From Convolutriloba macropyga (Eukaryota): DNA of 64,000 nucleotides. Positions 26,745 to 39,360 of this stretch are shown here, piece by piece. The position numbers and the translations under genes were made by a program. Under the pieces are notes generated by a model that worked only from the letters and a program-made list of their open reading frames with translations, was not told where the DNA came from and searched no databases. Every line of letters starts with the position of its first letter. Position 1 is the first letter of the stretch. The stretch spans positions 8,370,001 to 8,434,000 of the forward strand of contig NC_134475.1 in the NCBI RefSeq assembly GCF_964194025.1, given 5' to 3'.

Positions 26745-28130
26745 CTAAAGGATGCATATCACCAATTTTCAAAAAGGAGATGTTTCTGTTTTAACTAATT
26801 ATCGTCCAATTTCCGTAATATCAATTTTTTGCGAAAGTTTTGAAAGACTTACTTAATCAGTTAGTAGAATACCTTAAAAAATATGGGCTCTTGAACAGAA
26901 AACAATTTGGCTTCCAAGCTAGAAAGTTGTCTACTGATGCTGTGTTTTACTTTATTGAAAAAAAAATAAGAAATATGGACGATAACAACGACACAGGTGA
27001 TGTATTCTTGGATCTTGCAAGAGCATTCAAATTAAATTCTCATGAGATTTTCTCAAGAAATCTGAGAATTTCAATCTCGCTCACTCAACAATTTTACTTC
27101 GTATTTTTGTTATCACAGATCGAACACAATGCGCTAAACTGGGTATTGACTTATGAGATTAAATAACTAGTAATCATGGTATATCACAAAAAAATGTGTT
27201 AGGACTTCTTATTTTTCTGTTATATGTCAACGATTTGTCCGAAAAAATAGAAACTGAAAATGATATTGTTCAATTTGTAGAAAACACTAAATTATATGAA
27301 GAATTGAAAGTAATGAAAACATTCCAGTAAAAATTGAAAAAATACTAGAACAAACAAACAAATACCTGACAAAGATTCAACTCACTTTTAATGCCGATAA
27401 AACAGAGATGTTATTCTTTACCAATTTTACTAATTCGGATCCAGTTTACTTTTAAAGGTGAAGTTATTAAAACATCGCATACTTGTCGTTTTCTTGGAGT
27501 ACGAATTGGCTCAAACCTATTCTTTAAAAATCACCTGAACTCAGTTTTAAAGAAAATTGGGTAATGCAATTCCTTCTTTGTATTTTTTAAAAAAATCAGA
27601 TTCCTTTGAAAGTGAGAATTGATGTTTTCGAGTCAGTTGTATTCTCACTTCCTTCTTGCAATGGAATATTCCTTCAAACTCTTACTGCAAAAAGACATAA
27701 ACGGTATAAATAGGCCGGTTAACTGCGGAAAAGAATTTTTTAACTTCGACAAAAATTTGAGTACTCGATCGATCTTCTCATCAAAGATCGTATGTTGCCA
27801 GTTGAATTTTATATCCCAAAAATTCGCTTAATGAAGCCACAAACAGATATAAGACACTGCGATGCAACCGAAAAATTTAAAAATCATTACTACTCGCCAA
27901 AATTCTATATAGAACAAGAGAACAAATCAAATTTTTATAAATAGAGAACGAAAACGAAGTGGAATAACAAATCTCTGATCTTGAAAAGCGTTCAAAAATG
28001 GAACAAATTGCCCTCTTCAATTAGAATTTCAAAAGAAAACTTGCTTTAAAAAATTTTAATCGAGTTTTTGCTCGATCAGCACAAGAGAGTTAATAGACAA
28101 ATTGGAGCCTTAATAATCCTATTTTACCTA
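26745..28130 (+). mobile_element. 5'-truncated, heavily decayed CR1/L2-group LINE (RT and C-terminal region)
   Basis: Frame-broken RT motifs: PIFKKGD..NYRPIS, KQFGFQ..STDAV, VFLDLARAF, HGISQKNVLGLLIFLLYVND. Confidence 0.85.
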
Positions 28131-29804
28131 TGAGAACGATCAGCCACATTTTAAATACTGTTTTATAAATGAAAACGCTGATTAATTTATATAAATTTTG
28201 AAAGCATGTGGATATCTAACCTTAGTGTTATAATCTGAATAAGTTACATGTTACACCAAAAAAGCGAAATAATGTGCAAGTTTATTCTTTAGCTCGTTGA
28301 GAAAACGAGTCGAACAAGTATGAACTAACACTACTGTTTTTCTCCGGCAAAAAAAAATCTTTAAAGTGTTGAGTATTTTTTTTTCACTTTTTTTAACTGT
28401 ATATAGTGTTATTATTATCTGTTTAAGATTTTTAAGGAATTTTATAGCGCTCTTTTTGTACTTTAAAAGTTTTATAACTTTATACATTATTTTTTCATCT
28501 AGTTCCAATTTTAAGCTATTATAAAGAGTCTTTAAAAGGCTCCATAAACTACGCATTACGAGAAGAATAAAAATGGTCACGATTGTAGGAAAAATTCCAG
28601 TTTTCTTTTGTTCGAAAACATCATTTCATATGCTAACCTTTTTTTTCATCAAAGTCTGAGAACTTTTTTCTTTCTTTTTAGCTGCTTTTTAAAATCTTAA
28701 ATCTGATTAAAAAATTTTCTGAAACAGTTTTAAAACTTAACAAAAAAACTGCTTCACCTTTAATTTTCAAGTGTAACTAGCAATTTTCTACAGTCAGTCC
28801 TTAAAAAATTTTTAATATGACGATTTAAATTTCAATTATACTTATGCAACTTCCAGCAGTCATTTATTAAAACTCTAATGACAAGCAAGGAACAGATGTA
28901 AAATCAAACTCAGGTAGTTTGTTGTGCTTTTTTGTTTCAAAGTGAGCCTTTGTCATGAAACTGTTAAAAATTCTGTTTCTTGTTTTGCTTTCCTATGCTT
29001 TGTTTATCAAAATTCTCTTTTTCAGAGTTAGCTATTTAGTGGTTATAATTCCTCTCAACCAGATTGATTGAACCGCGCATATCGTAGCCCCATATTACTT
29101 CACCCAGCTAAATAGCAGTTTACATTGCAGGCATATTTTGTGATAACTAAGTGGATAATTCAATTTTATGTTCCGTTGCGATAGTTTCATATCAAGTCCC
29201 ACAGAGCTGCCGAGGCATGGCCATAGCCCGCGTGGTGTGGCCAATTGATTATTATATTAATCAAATATTACTTATTATATAAAAACAATAAATTGGGGGT
29301 CAAATGACTGAGGGTTTAAATGATAGAGGGTTGAATTAATCGGTGTTAAACTGTAATGGGTTTAATAAGGAATGATGAAAAAGCGGGACACGCTAAGTTA
29401 TGTAACTGTTCCACTTAGCAACAATTTACTAAAAGCATGCATGAACAAATTTAAGGTTCGTGGAAAGTTTTTTTTGCGTAAAAATTATAATTGGACTTAG
29501 GAATATTTTTTTCAAGCCTTTTTAACGCTCAAAACAACCTGGTTTAAAGAATAGATCGTAAAAAGTAGGAAAGTTGTCCTGTAATGACTAAAACTTTTCT
29601 TCTAGAAGACAAGCTCACGCTTGAAAATGGAAAACATATGGTAACAATCAAGGAGGTGACAATATTCTTAAACTTTAACATTTTCCCCTGAGGGGGCAAA
29701 CGTGAATACGCAAATGCAATTATGTGCCTTAGCTCAGGTGTTTCATTACAAGTTGAGGTCCTCGTTCAATATGACAAATGAAAATACCTATCTACACTTA
29801 TTAA

Positions 29805-30445
29805 ATAGTTTCAGATATAACTGAATGTCAGGGTAGCCGTGGTTGCCCTTTTGTATTGTTGATTGTTGGAGCTAGCTCATTAGATCATTCTCTGGACAAG
29901 TGGGATAACATTCGAAAACGACTCAGAGGGAAGGTCATCTTGAAACCAGGATACAATCTACATCCAAACGCTGAAGATAAGTACAAAATCGACTGCGATA
30001 CGTTGAAAATAACACCAAAATTATATTGTGGCACGATATTATCAATAATACAGTAACAAGCCCGAAAAGCGATAATAGAACACCCCTCAATGGTGATCAA
30101 TTAAAAGTTGAAATCGAACGTCTACAACGAAAAGTTGATATAGTCGGAATTGTTTATTGTGTCAGAGAAGGCGCTCCTGACGTCTACAACAAATTGAAAG
30201 AAACTGAGATACCAGTGTTGCATATAGTCAAGAATCTCTTATCTCGCCGAAAGCAAAAGGATAAGAAAGTGTTGAAAAAGTACAGTAAGTTTCACTTGGA
30301 TCCATTTCTTGAATTGAAAACGCTCTTCTCAATCGTACGAAACAACGGTGATTTGAAGCGAATTTGCAAAAAGAAAAATAGCAAACCCCAAAAACAACAA
30401 AAGAAAAACTCCGCCAACAAATATTCAACTTTGAGGTTAGTTTAA
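29805..30445 (+). pseudogene. SGNH/GDSL esterase-like ORF upstream of LINE ORF1 (one frameshift near 29990)
   Basis: Joined frames read LLIVGASSL...VILKPG...KIILWHDIINN...IVGIVY...KFHL, echoing SGNH blocks I, II, III and V, then a basic tail; motif-level recognition only. Confidence 0.55.
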
Positions 30446-30587
30446 GTTCTGTAAAGTTCCTAGAGATTAAGTTCCTTGGTCCGGATCAGAACTTTTAACC
30501 TAAAGTCCCAGTCGTTAAGATTATTTTTTTGAGAATTTCCTAGCAATTAAGTTTCTTGGTTTTGCTCAGAAAATAATATAACACGAA

Positions 30588-31430
30588 TTGGGGAAAAATT
30601 GTAAAACTTGCAAGAAGGCCGTTAATGCGAACGAAAAAAGATATACTTGTGTGGCATGTAATTGTAACATGCATCTGACTCCTGAATGTACAGTTCTTTC
30701 TCCAGCTGCAATTACTGGCATTGATGAGCTTGGTATGAATATGTAATCATTGTGTTGAACAAAATGAAAGGGATAACTTTATTCGTTGTCGAACCCTGCA
30801 AAAGTTGCTGAAAAAATCGATAGCTTGGATGTTGGGGAAGAACTGAAGAATATGGAAAGGCGATTAACGGACTTAGTGGATGAGAAAATTGGGAATGCTA
30901 CGAAAATGACGTGTGATAAAGTTTAAAAAACATATGCTGCTGTCGTTGCTGTTGAAACTACTTCAGGAAAACCTAAAGGTGTTAAAACTGATGAGTACTC
31001 GAAAAGTCACAAAATCAATAAATGTATAAGAATACAAGGGATACCTGAGGATCCTAATAAAACGAAAGGGGAAAATCTTGTCCCAACAAACGATGAAGTT
31101 TACGATCTGCTCAATTGGATAGGTGCAAATGCACATCTAACGGAAATACAAAGACTTGGAAAATTTTGAAATGATAGATTAAAGCCAAGGGCGGTATTAG
31201 TAACCTTGGCAAATGAACACGAAACAAGAATCACTCTTGCAAAAAGTCGAGAATTCAGAAATAGTTTGGTCGAAAGAACCATTTACATGCTGCCAGCGTT
31301 GTCGAGGGATGACGCACTGAAAGAAAATCAAATGTTAAAAAAGCGAAGGGAGCTGCTTGACGGAGGTGTACCTAAGGAGAAATTGAAAATTCTAAATCTT
31401 GAACTTTACAGTGATGGGGTCAAAGTGTAG
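30588..31430 (+). pseudogene. LINE ORF1: PHD finger, coiled coil, RRM/CTD-like region (stops and frameshift)
   Basis: CKTCKK...CVACNCNMHLTPEC; ELKNMERRLTDLVDEKI; KTYAAVV; IRIQGIPE; IQRLGK..KPRAVLVTL; IYMLPALSRDD..KKRREL. Confidence 0.85.
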
Positions 31431-31454
31431 TTGGATGTACAGAATGCCCACTGA

Positions 31455-34212
31455 CTAGGAGGCTTTCTCCATATCCTCCAACTAAATACAAGAATTTTAG
31501 TAAAAATCGAAAGAAGATCAAAATTCGCAAATGCAGTAATTAACTCAGATTATAATGTTCTATGTCTTTGCGAAACCTGGTTGAACGATAACATTCATGA
31601 CTCCGAACTCTTTCTTAACGATTACAATATTTATAGAAGTGATCGGGCCACGATTGGAGATAGCAATGAGCATGGAGGTACCCTCATTGCTGTGAAAAAT
31701 ACTCTGATATCGGAAAAAATAAATTCAACTCTACCCAACTCATGGGTAGCGTGTAAAATTACTCTGAATGACACTCAAGTGTTTCTATATGCGTTCTACA
31801 ATCCACCAATATCAAGCTCATATCAATACACGATAGAGGACTTCCAACTGCTCCTGAGAAACATTCCTAAAAACAAACCAATCGTCATCTGTGGAGACCT
31901 TAATTTTCCAGAAGCAAACTGGAAGACACTGCATAGTCCCAACGAGACTGAAGACAAAGTCATCGAAATGTTTGAAGAGAAATTGTTTCGGCAAATTATC
32001 GACTTCCCGACATGTGGAAACAACATCTTGGATACTGCCTTCTATCAAAATTGTCATCTATCCGCTGAAATAGACAAATCTTTTCCATCTATCTATAATC
32101 TAACTCACCATGAAGCTATTCGTCTATCCTTAGAAAACCCAGTTACTGAAACAAAACCATTAATACAGAACTTTAGAAGTTTTTGGGAATGCTGACTATG
32201 ACGCAATAAACGAGCATATTGTTGAAAAACCGTTCCAGTCATTTTGTTACACCAACATCAACAAATTGAGCGAAAAATTCACAAGGTATCTTGACGGAAA
32301 TTTTGATTTGTATGTCCCGAAAAGAACAAGGCATAGACAATCACTGCCACCTTGGATTTCCTGTGGTACTTCAATTTTGGTTAATAAGCTGAAGACACAG
32401 AAACGTTTATTGGAGAATAAGCCATCACCTTACAGAAAACAGTTGGTTCTAAAACTAGAAATCCAAGTCACTGATTCAGCTGAAGAAGACAGAGTTGTGT
32501 AACAAGAAATATTACTGGGATCGAGAAATACAGACAGAATTTTTAAACATCTGAAAAACCTAAACAAATCTGCCTGCCTGCCCAAAGTTTTGATGAATGA
32601 TACCAAGCAAAGTTCACTTCGATGCGAAAAAATAATTATGTTAAATCAATTTTTTCATTCCGTCTTCTCCCCAAAGACTAATTTCAGTTTGAAAGATTTC
32701 AAAGTACAGAAACCCTCTCTTACAAATTTTGACGTCTCGAAGAATACCATCAGAAATATAATGGATGATATTGATGCCACAAAATTCAGAGGACCGAACG
32801 GTATTCCTCCGGTTTTTTACGTAAAGACAAGCAAGAATCTCTGCAACATCATGCATTCTGTCCTTCGGAACATAAAAAGGCTGCGGAAAATACCAGATAG
32901 CTGGAAAGTTGCTGCCATAACGCCTATTTTCAAAAAAGGAGACCGAAGAAAAGTTGAATACTACCGGCCTGTCTCACTATTGAACATTGATAGCAAGATT
33001 CTGGAAAAATGTATACACATTGCCTTGTATAATCATTTTCAAAATTTCCTAACTAAGAGTCAACATGGTTTTGTAAGGAGAAGATCTGTGCAAGCAATTA
33101 TACTTCTGTTTTTTCAAAAGAATATATGAAGCTCCTGATCACGAGCCTCAATCAGAGATTATTGCTTTCTACACTGACTTCTCAAAAGCTTTTGACAAAG
33201 TACCACATTATGAGTTAATTCAAAAATTTATTGAAATTGGAGTTGGAGGATGTTTGCTCGAAATTTTAATCGACTGCTTGAGTGATCGACAACAATATGT
33301 GCGTGTGGACAATACCAGTTCAAAGATACTCGATATAACAAGCGGGGTACCACAGGGGTCACTCCTAGGCCCTATACTGTTCTGTATATTTATAAACAAT
33401 CTTCCAGATGTCCTGATGTTTTCTGAGCCCTTTTTCTTCACTGATGATCTTAATATTTTGTCTGTACAAAGAAGCTACTGGGAAGTCCAAGATGATCTAC
33501 ATGGGATTGAGAACTGGATAATCCAAAATAAAATGGAGCTGGCAATAGACAAGTGTGCGTATCTGAATTTCAGAGGTAGAGACCAACAGTACAAATTGAT
33601 GGGAAAAGATTTGGCGAAATCCACGACTGTCAAAGATCTTGGTATTCACGTGGCGGCTGATGTATCGTGGAAACAGCAAATAAAATTCTGTGCATGCTTA
33701 AGCGAAATGTTGCAACTAAAGTAAACACGTTTGTGAAATTGGGAGTATATAAGTCTTTAATTCTGGTGGTATTGCTGTCACGTGCTTGTCTGCAGGAAGA
33801 ACTGAAATTCAAATATTGGAAAAGTTTCAAAAAAAGGTAGTCAAATGGATAACGGGAAATAAAGATACAGAACACAAAAGCCAGCTTCGACTATTAAACA
33901 TATTGCCATTACCAAATGTTTATTCCAACTTAACGATCTGAAGTACATACGAAAGAAACAAGGAACAACGAAATTTTCAAAATGACGAAAACTCGATTAG
34001 AGAAAGCGCGCAGCGAATTCACCTTTAAAACCTGTCGAATTGCAAACCGCCTAGAAAATTTAATAAACTTAAGGGAACCATCTGGACTGAAAAACCGAAT
34101 ATTACGTACAATGTGGAACTTTTTCGAGAAGAAATTTTCTGAGCGAAATATTTGCACTTGGCAATTGTTCTGCGATTGTCAAAACTGTAGAAACTATTGG
34201 ACATTATTTTGA
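31455..34212 (+). pseudogene. LINE ORF2: AP endonuclease + reverse transcriptase (disrupted)
   Basis: APE: QLNTR, LCETWL, YRSDR, GGTLIAVK, GDLNFP, NILD; RT: GPNGIPP, WKVAAITPIFKKGD, YRPVSLL, QHGF, DFSKAFDKV, SGVPQGSLLGP, FTDD, KDLGI. Confidence 0.95.
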
Positions 34213-34754
34213 TTTGATGACTGGGACTTTAGACCCTTCAGCACAGCTGTAAATCCCCAACAACAACAACAACAACAACAACACTATTAATGCTTAGGAA
34301 AGTACACACGCAAAACGCAAATCATATGATCTGCTCTCCGATTGTTCAAAGTTTTTGTCAGTTCATGAGCTCGTTCAAAATTTTTACTTATGAAAAACCT
34401 TTTGATCCACAAAGAGAACAAAATGCGACATGATTCAGACTTTGGTTGTTCAAGTTATGAAAAAATCAGGCGGGTCTTGATGCCTTGCCTCGTTCTTCTT
34501 TAATAAAAAAAAGATCTTTAAAAAAGGCCATTACGAAGAATTTAAAATGATTTTTGCAATTAACTAAGCGTTCAATGTATTGTGTAATTTCTCAGTCTTT
34601 ATGTTTATGGCTCAACTAAAGTGCTTACTCCATAGCCTAGTGAACTGTGATATTTCTACAAAATGTCATATAAAGTAAAAGTTATTAAATTTACAAAATA
34701 TACAAAAAGATCAAAAGATATATAAAATGTACAAAATGATAAATAACAAAATGA

Positions 34755-34791
34755 TATATAATTATATATATATTTTATATATATATATGTA

Positions 34792-34840
<49 letters not shown>

Positions 34841-34885
34841 GTGATTATCATATTTATATAATATTATATTTTTTATATAATATTA
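34755..34885. repeat. AT-rich (TA)n microsatellite region
   Basis: Directly visible. Confidence 0.9.
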
Positions 34886-35236
34886 TATTTTTAAGTACTT
34901 GGTGCGTTTTGTGGCCTATTTAAAACCACTTGTGCACTTTTGATCGATCCATAGCTCCAATGTGCGTTCAAATTAGTTCTGCGTCATTAAGGAGAACCTC
35001 AACCTGATAACTAATCTCATCAAAGACATTGAGTACATACAAAAATTAGAAGGAAAAAAAGAAAAAAGAAGTAACTGTGAGAAAGTTATANNNNNNNNNN
35101 NNNNNNNNNNNNNNNNNNNNNNNNNNNNNNNNNNNNNNNNNNNNNNNNNNNNNNNNNNNNNNNNNNNNNNNNNNNNNNNNNNNNNNNNNNNNNNNNNNNN
35201 NNNNNNNNNNNNNNNNNNNNNNNTTTTTTATTTTTT

Positions 35237-38200
35237 TCTTATCTTTTCCAAAACACCTAATAATATAACTTTCTCTCAGTAACTTCTAATTTTCTCATTT
35301 TATTTCTAATTTTTAGATGTACTCAATGTCATTGATCAGATTAGTTCCCAGGTTGAGGTTCTTTTTATGACTCACAACTAATTTGAACGCACATTGGGGC
35401 TGTTGTAAGTAGTCATTTATTCTAGTGCAGTAAAATTCCTATATGATGTACTTGTTTCTTAACTGTATTTTTTCCTGAAGGACATGAAAAAGAAGTCTTG
35501 CTAAGTTTACCTAATAACCAAAGTCGTTTCATATTTTATTCTCTTGCCCTCTTTCCCGTGTCGGGAAACTAATTGTTCATATGTGTTTTGACTTTTATAC
35601 ACTCAGTTTCAGTTAAATTCATTTCTTTTATTTTGCACCTCTTGTTCAGTTGGTAAATTTAACTTATCACTAGACAGTCGTATTTACTTCATAAGTTAAG
35701 TGAGCAAGTGACAGATAACCATTTCGCTAGGTGAATTCAAAAATGAAATTGTGCTAAGTGCACTCGCCGCACAAGTCATCAAAACAGAAAATCTGACAGA
35801 GATTTGAACAGCAAAACAAGTGAACAATATTGATTTTGTACGACATGGCGCAGTCAGCATTAAAAAAGCGGAGACCACTTGGCATCGAGGCCTTATGGGA
35901 AAAACCTAGCTCAAACCCTACTTTAAAGTGGGAAAATTGACAAAAAAAAGGCGAAATTGGCTATATTAGCCAAAGAGAACATTATTTTGGACATTTTGCT
36001 TGACCCCAAACCCGAGAATGTTTGACTCCATTTAGAACTGGTTTACGAGAGCACAAAAACTGTACATTCTGACCAATGGGAACGCCAACGACTCCCTAGA
36101 AATGTACAGTTGTATATGTACTGGGAACATCTCTGCCAAAGACAATTAGAAATAGGAATCATGTGTGGTGGCAAACCGTTGAACCAGGCAGAGCGCAAAG
36201 TCGTTTCTATGTTTTACTTTAGTCTAGGCACCGAAGGGAGAAGAATCGTATGCAGCAGAAACCTGCATCTGATGTGGATATATTGTCGACTGTGGAGATC
36301 TCGAAAATCATGGAGGACGCTTTCATTCAACCACGAGATAATACTTTTGACAGGTACAAGCTTCTTACAACAAAACAATCAAAAGAATTGGCAAATTAAA
36401 GGAATTATCTGAAAACTGCGAACTTGTAAACCAAGAAGATACATTTATAAGAGACCTTTCTATTGCCAACATGCAAGATACTGAAATTCAGATGGAGTTA
36501 TTTAGAGAAACTGTCAAACCCGCCCAAGCATTATGTTTGGCCAATAATTTGGAACTTGGTTAGCGGAACGAAATAAAAAACATCCAATTGTCAACCCGTT
36601 TTCCAAGTAATTACAATAACAACACAACGCCAATTCGGTAATTCAAATAAACGGCAAAATTTTCCAGCCATCAGCCCGACAAGCAAATCAACAGGGCTGA
36701 AACTGTGGCCTTACTGGGTTAGCAAATCAGAGAGATAAATGCATTGCTAAAGGCAAAACGTGTAACGACTGTGGTCTACAAAACCAGTTTGCTCGTGTGT
36801 GCCGCCAGCTAAAAACTATCACGTCAAAACCATCCTGACTCAAAATGAACTCTATTGATGAAACTACAATTGACTCTGTCAATACTATTCAAAAAACTAA
36901 CTACAACACAGAATGTGGACCGGATTATGATAGTTCAGATGACAATTTGTTGGCCAGCGTTACAAGCCATACTTTGCAATTTGAGCCAAAAAACACGACT
37001 CTACAAATTGGAAACACTAATGTGGGCCTACTCATCGTTTCCGGGAGTGTATATAGCATCCTAAATGAATCACTTGCCACTGAAGTCATTAAATATACTA
37101 CTCTCGCGCAATGGTTGACGAAGGGACCACCCAGAGGACTTAAAACTTTTGCGAATGAACCTATACCCATCATTGGCATTATGTAGACGCCGGTAGAGAG
37201 TAATTGTTGGCGAATTGAAGATGCTAAAGTTGTTGTAGTTAAAGACGGACTAAAACCAATCATTGGTAGAAATCTGTTAGAGGCTCTTGGCATATCAATT
37301 ACTCTAAGTTTGAAATCCTATGAAGGTAGTATTATCAACAAAATTAATACACAATTTCCTCTTAACGGGCGCATAGCAAATCATTTTCCACAACTCACCA
37401 CACGTAATGGTAGATCAAAAGTACATATTGTAAAGTCCAATTTCATAAACACTTCCAACGAAAACATCAAAATTGTAGAAGAGTACCTATTAGTCTGCAA
37501 GATATAGTTAACACTGAAATTAAGATGCCTATTGCCAACTAAATCTTCATCGTGATACTGCTAAACATTGTAATTTTAACATCGTTTGTGGTGACATGAC
37601 AAGCACGCATCCATTCCAAACAGGTTTTAATGAACTTACTGATATGCCCGCCGAGTTCCAAAAAGCCATGGACTATACGCTCATTGGTTTAAAAAACACT
37701 TTCTGTTTCTTGGATGATATTGTTATCATGGGTAAATGTTCTGAAGAAGATCATTTAAAACTTGTAACAAATTGCCTTAAAAAATTAGATGCAGATAATC
37801 TTTGCAATAATTTACGAAAATTTTACTCTTCCGAGCATGAAGTGTCATGGTTAGGTTAAAATACCATCAAAACTGGTTTCGCGCCAAATTGGATTTACAA
37901 CTTCTGCAATTTTTTCACTTCAAACACATACCACACTTAAAAAATAACTTTCTTTTCCTGCTCTGTCCAATATTTTTGGAAAATTGATTCCCAACTTGGC
38001 ACCACTTGGCACCCTTTAAGACCTCTTCTACGCAAATCGATTAAATACACCCGAAAAGATGAACACACTGTACTTTTTAATGCTATCAAGATGCAAATCG
38101 CAAATCATAAAGAAAACACTCATTGAAACCCGCAACTTGAAACCTGCATTAAATGTGATGCCTCCCGTTTTGGCCTTGGGGCAGCATTAGAAACATTAAC

Positions 38201-38606
38201 AGTTAATGGCTGGAAGCCAATATCATTTGCCTCTAGATTTTTAAATAGTAATGATGAACGTTACAGTAATAATGAGCTCGATTTATTTGGAGTAATTTGG
38301 TCAATGGAATAATTCAAAATATATCTTTTTGGACAAGAATTTTCATTAAAAATCATCAATCGAGCTCGACTTTCCATTTTAAAAGAACACAGATCTAACA
38401 AATGATACAATAGCCGTTTATCAATATAGTTAGATAGTCTACTACCTCATCAATTTGAAAATTGAAAGGGTGAATGAGCTAAGATGGGTCTCGCAGATTA
38501 CATATCTCGTAAACTTTATCAAACAGCAAACATTATTTTTAATTTTGAGAAGAATTTTAAGTTGCCACCTTATCTCGAATGCAAACAGATGCAAATTTAT
38601 TTCAAA
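35237..38606 (+). repeat. Near-identical duplicate of 38737-42107 (flank, 5' LTR 35401-35845, PBS, gag-pro-RT-RNase H); probably an uncollapsed allele
   Basis: Offset ~3500 bp, scattered substitutions only, same flank and TSD, same inactivating lesions, bounded on both sides by N gaps. Confidence 0.9.
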
Positions 38607-39346
38607 NNNNNNNNNNNNNNNNNNNNNNNNNNNNNNNNNNNNNNNNNNNNNNNNNNNNNNNNNNNNNNNNNNNNNNNNNNNNNNNNNNNNNNNNNNNNNN
38701 NNNNNNNNNNNNNNNNNNNNNNNNNNNNNNNNNNNNTTCTTATCTTTTCCAAAACACCTAATAATATAACTTTCTCTCAGTAACTTCTAATTTTCTCATT
38801 TTATTTCTAATTTTTAGATGTACTCAATGTCGTTGATCAGATTAGTTCCCAGGTTGAGGTTCTTTTTATGACTCACAACTAATTTGAACGCACATTGGGG
38901 CTGTTGTAAGTAGTCATTTATTCTAGTGCAGTAAAATTCCTATATGATGTACTTGTTTCTTAACTGTATTTTTTCCTGAAGGACATGAAAAAGAAGTCTT
39001 GCTAAGTTTACCTAATAACCAAAGTCGTTTCATATTTTATTCTCTTGCCCTCTTTCCCGTGTCGGGAAACTAATTGTTCATATGTGTTTTGACTTTTATA
39101 CACTCAGTTTCAGTTAAATTCATTTCTTTTATTTTGCACCTCTTGTTCAGTTGGTAAATTTAACTTATCACTAGACAGTCGTATTTACTTCATAAGTTAA
39201 GTGAGCAAGTGACAGATAACCATTTCGCTAGGTGAATTCAAAAATGAAATTGTGCTAAGTGCACTCGCCGCACAAGTTATCAAAACAGAAAATCTGACAG
39301 AGATTTGAATAGCAAAACAAGTGAACAATATTGATTTTGTACGACA

Positions 39347-39360
39347 TGGCGCAGTCAGCA
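39347..39360 (+). promoter_or_regulatory. Primer binding site, probably tRNA-Ser (duplicate at 35846-35859)
   Basis: tggcgcagtcagca directly after the LTR terminal CA; complementary to a ...GACTGCGCCA 3' end as in invertebrate tRNA-Ser(AGA). Confidence 0.7.

Larger units (their letters stand above)
29805..34281 (+). mobile_element. CR1-group non-LTR retrotransposon, decayed, with (CAA)8 tail
   Basis: ORF1 (PHD+RRM-like) and APE-RT ORF2 followed by short 3' UTR and caa repeats at 34258-34281; 5' boundary tentative, from imperfect TSD candidate acacttattaa (29794-29804) / acactattaa (34281-34290). Confidence 0.9.
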
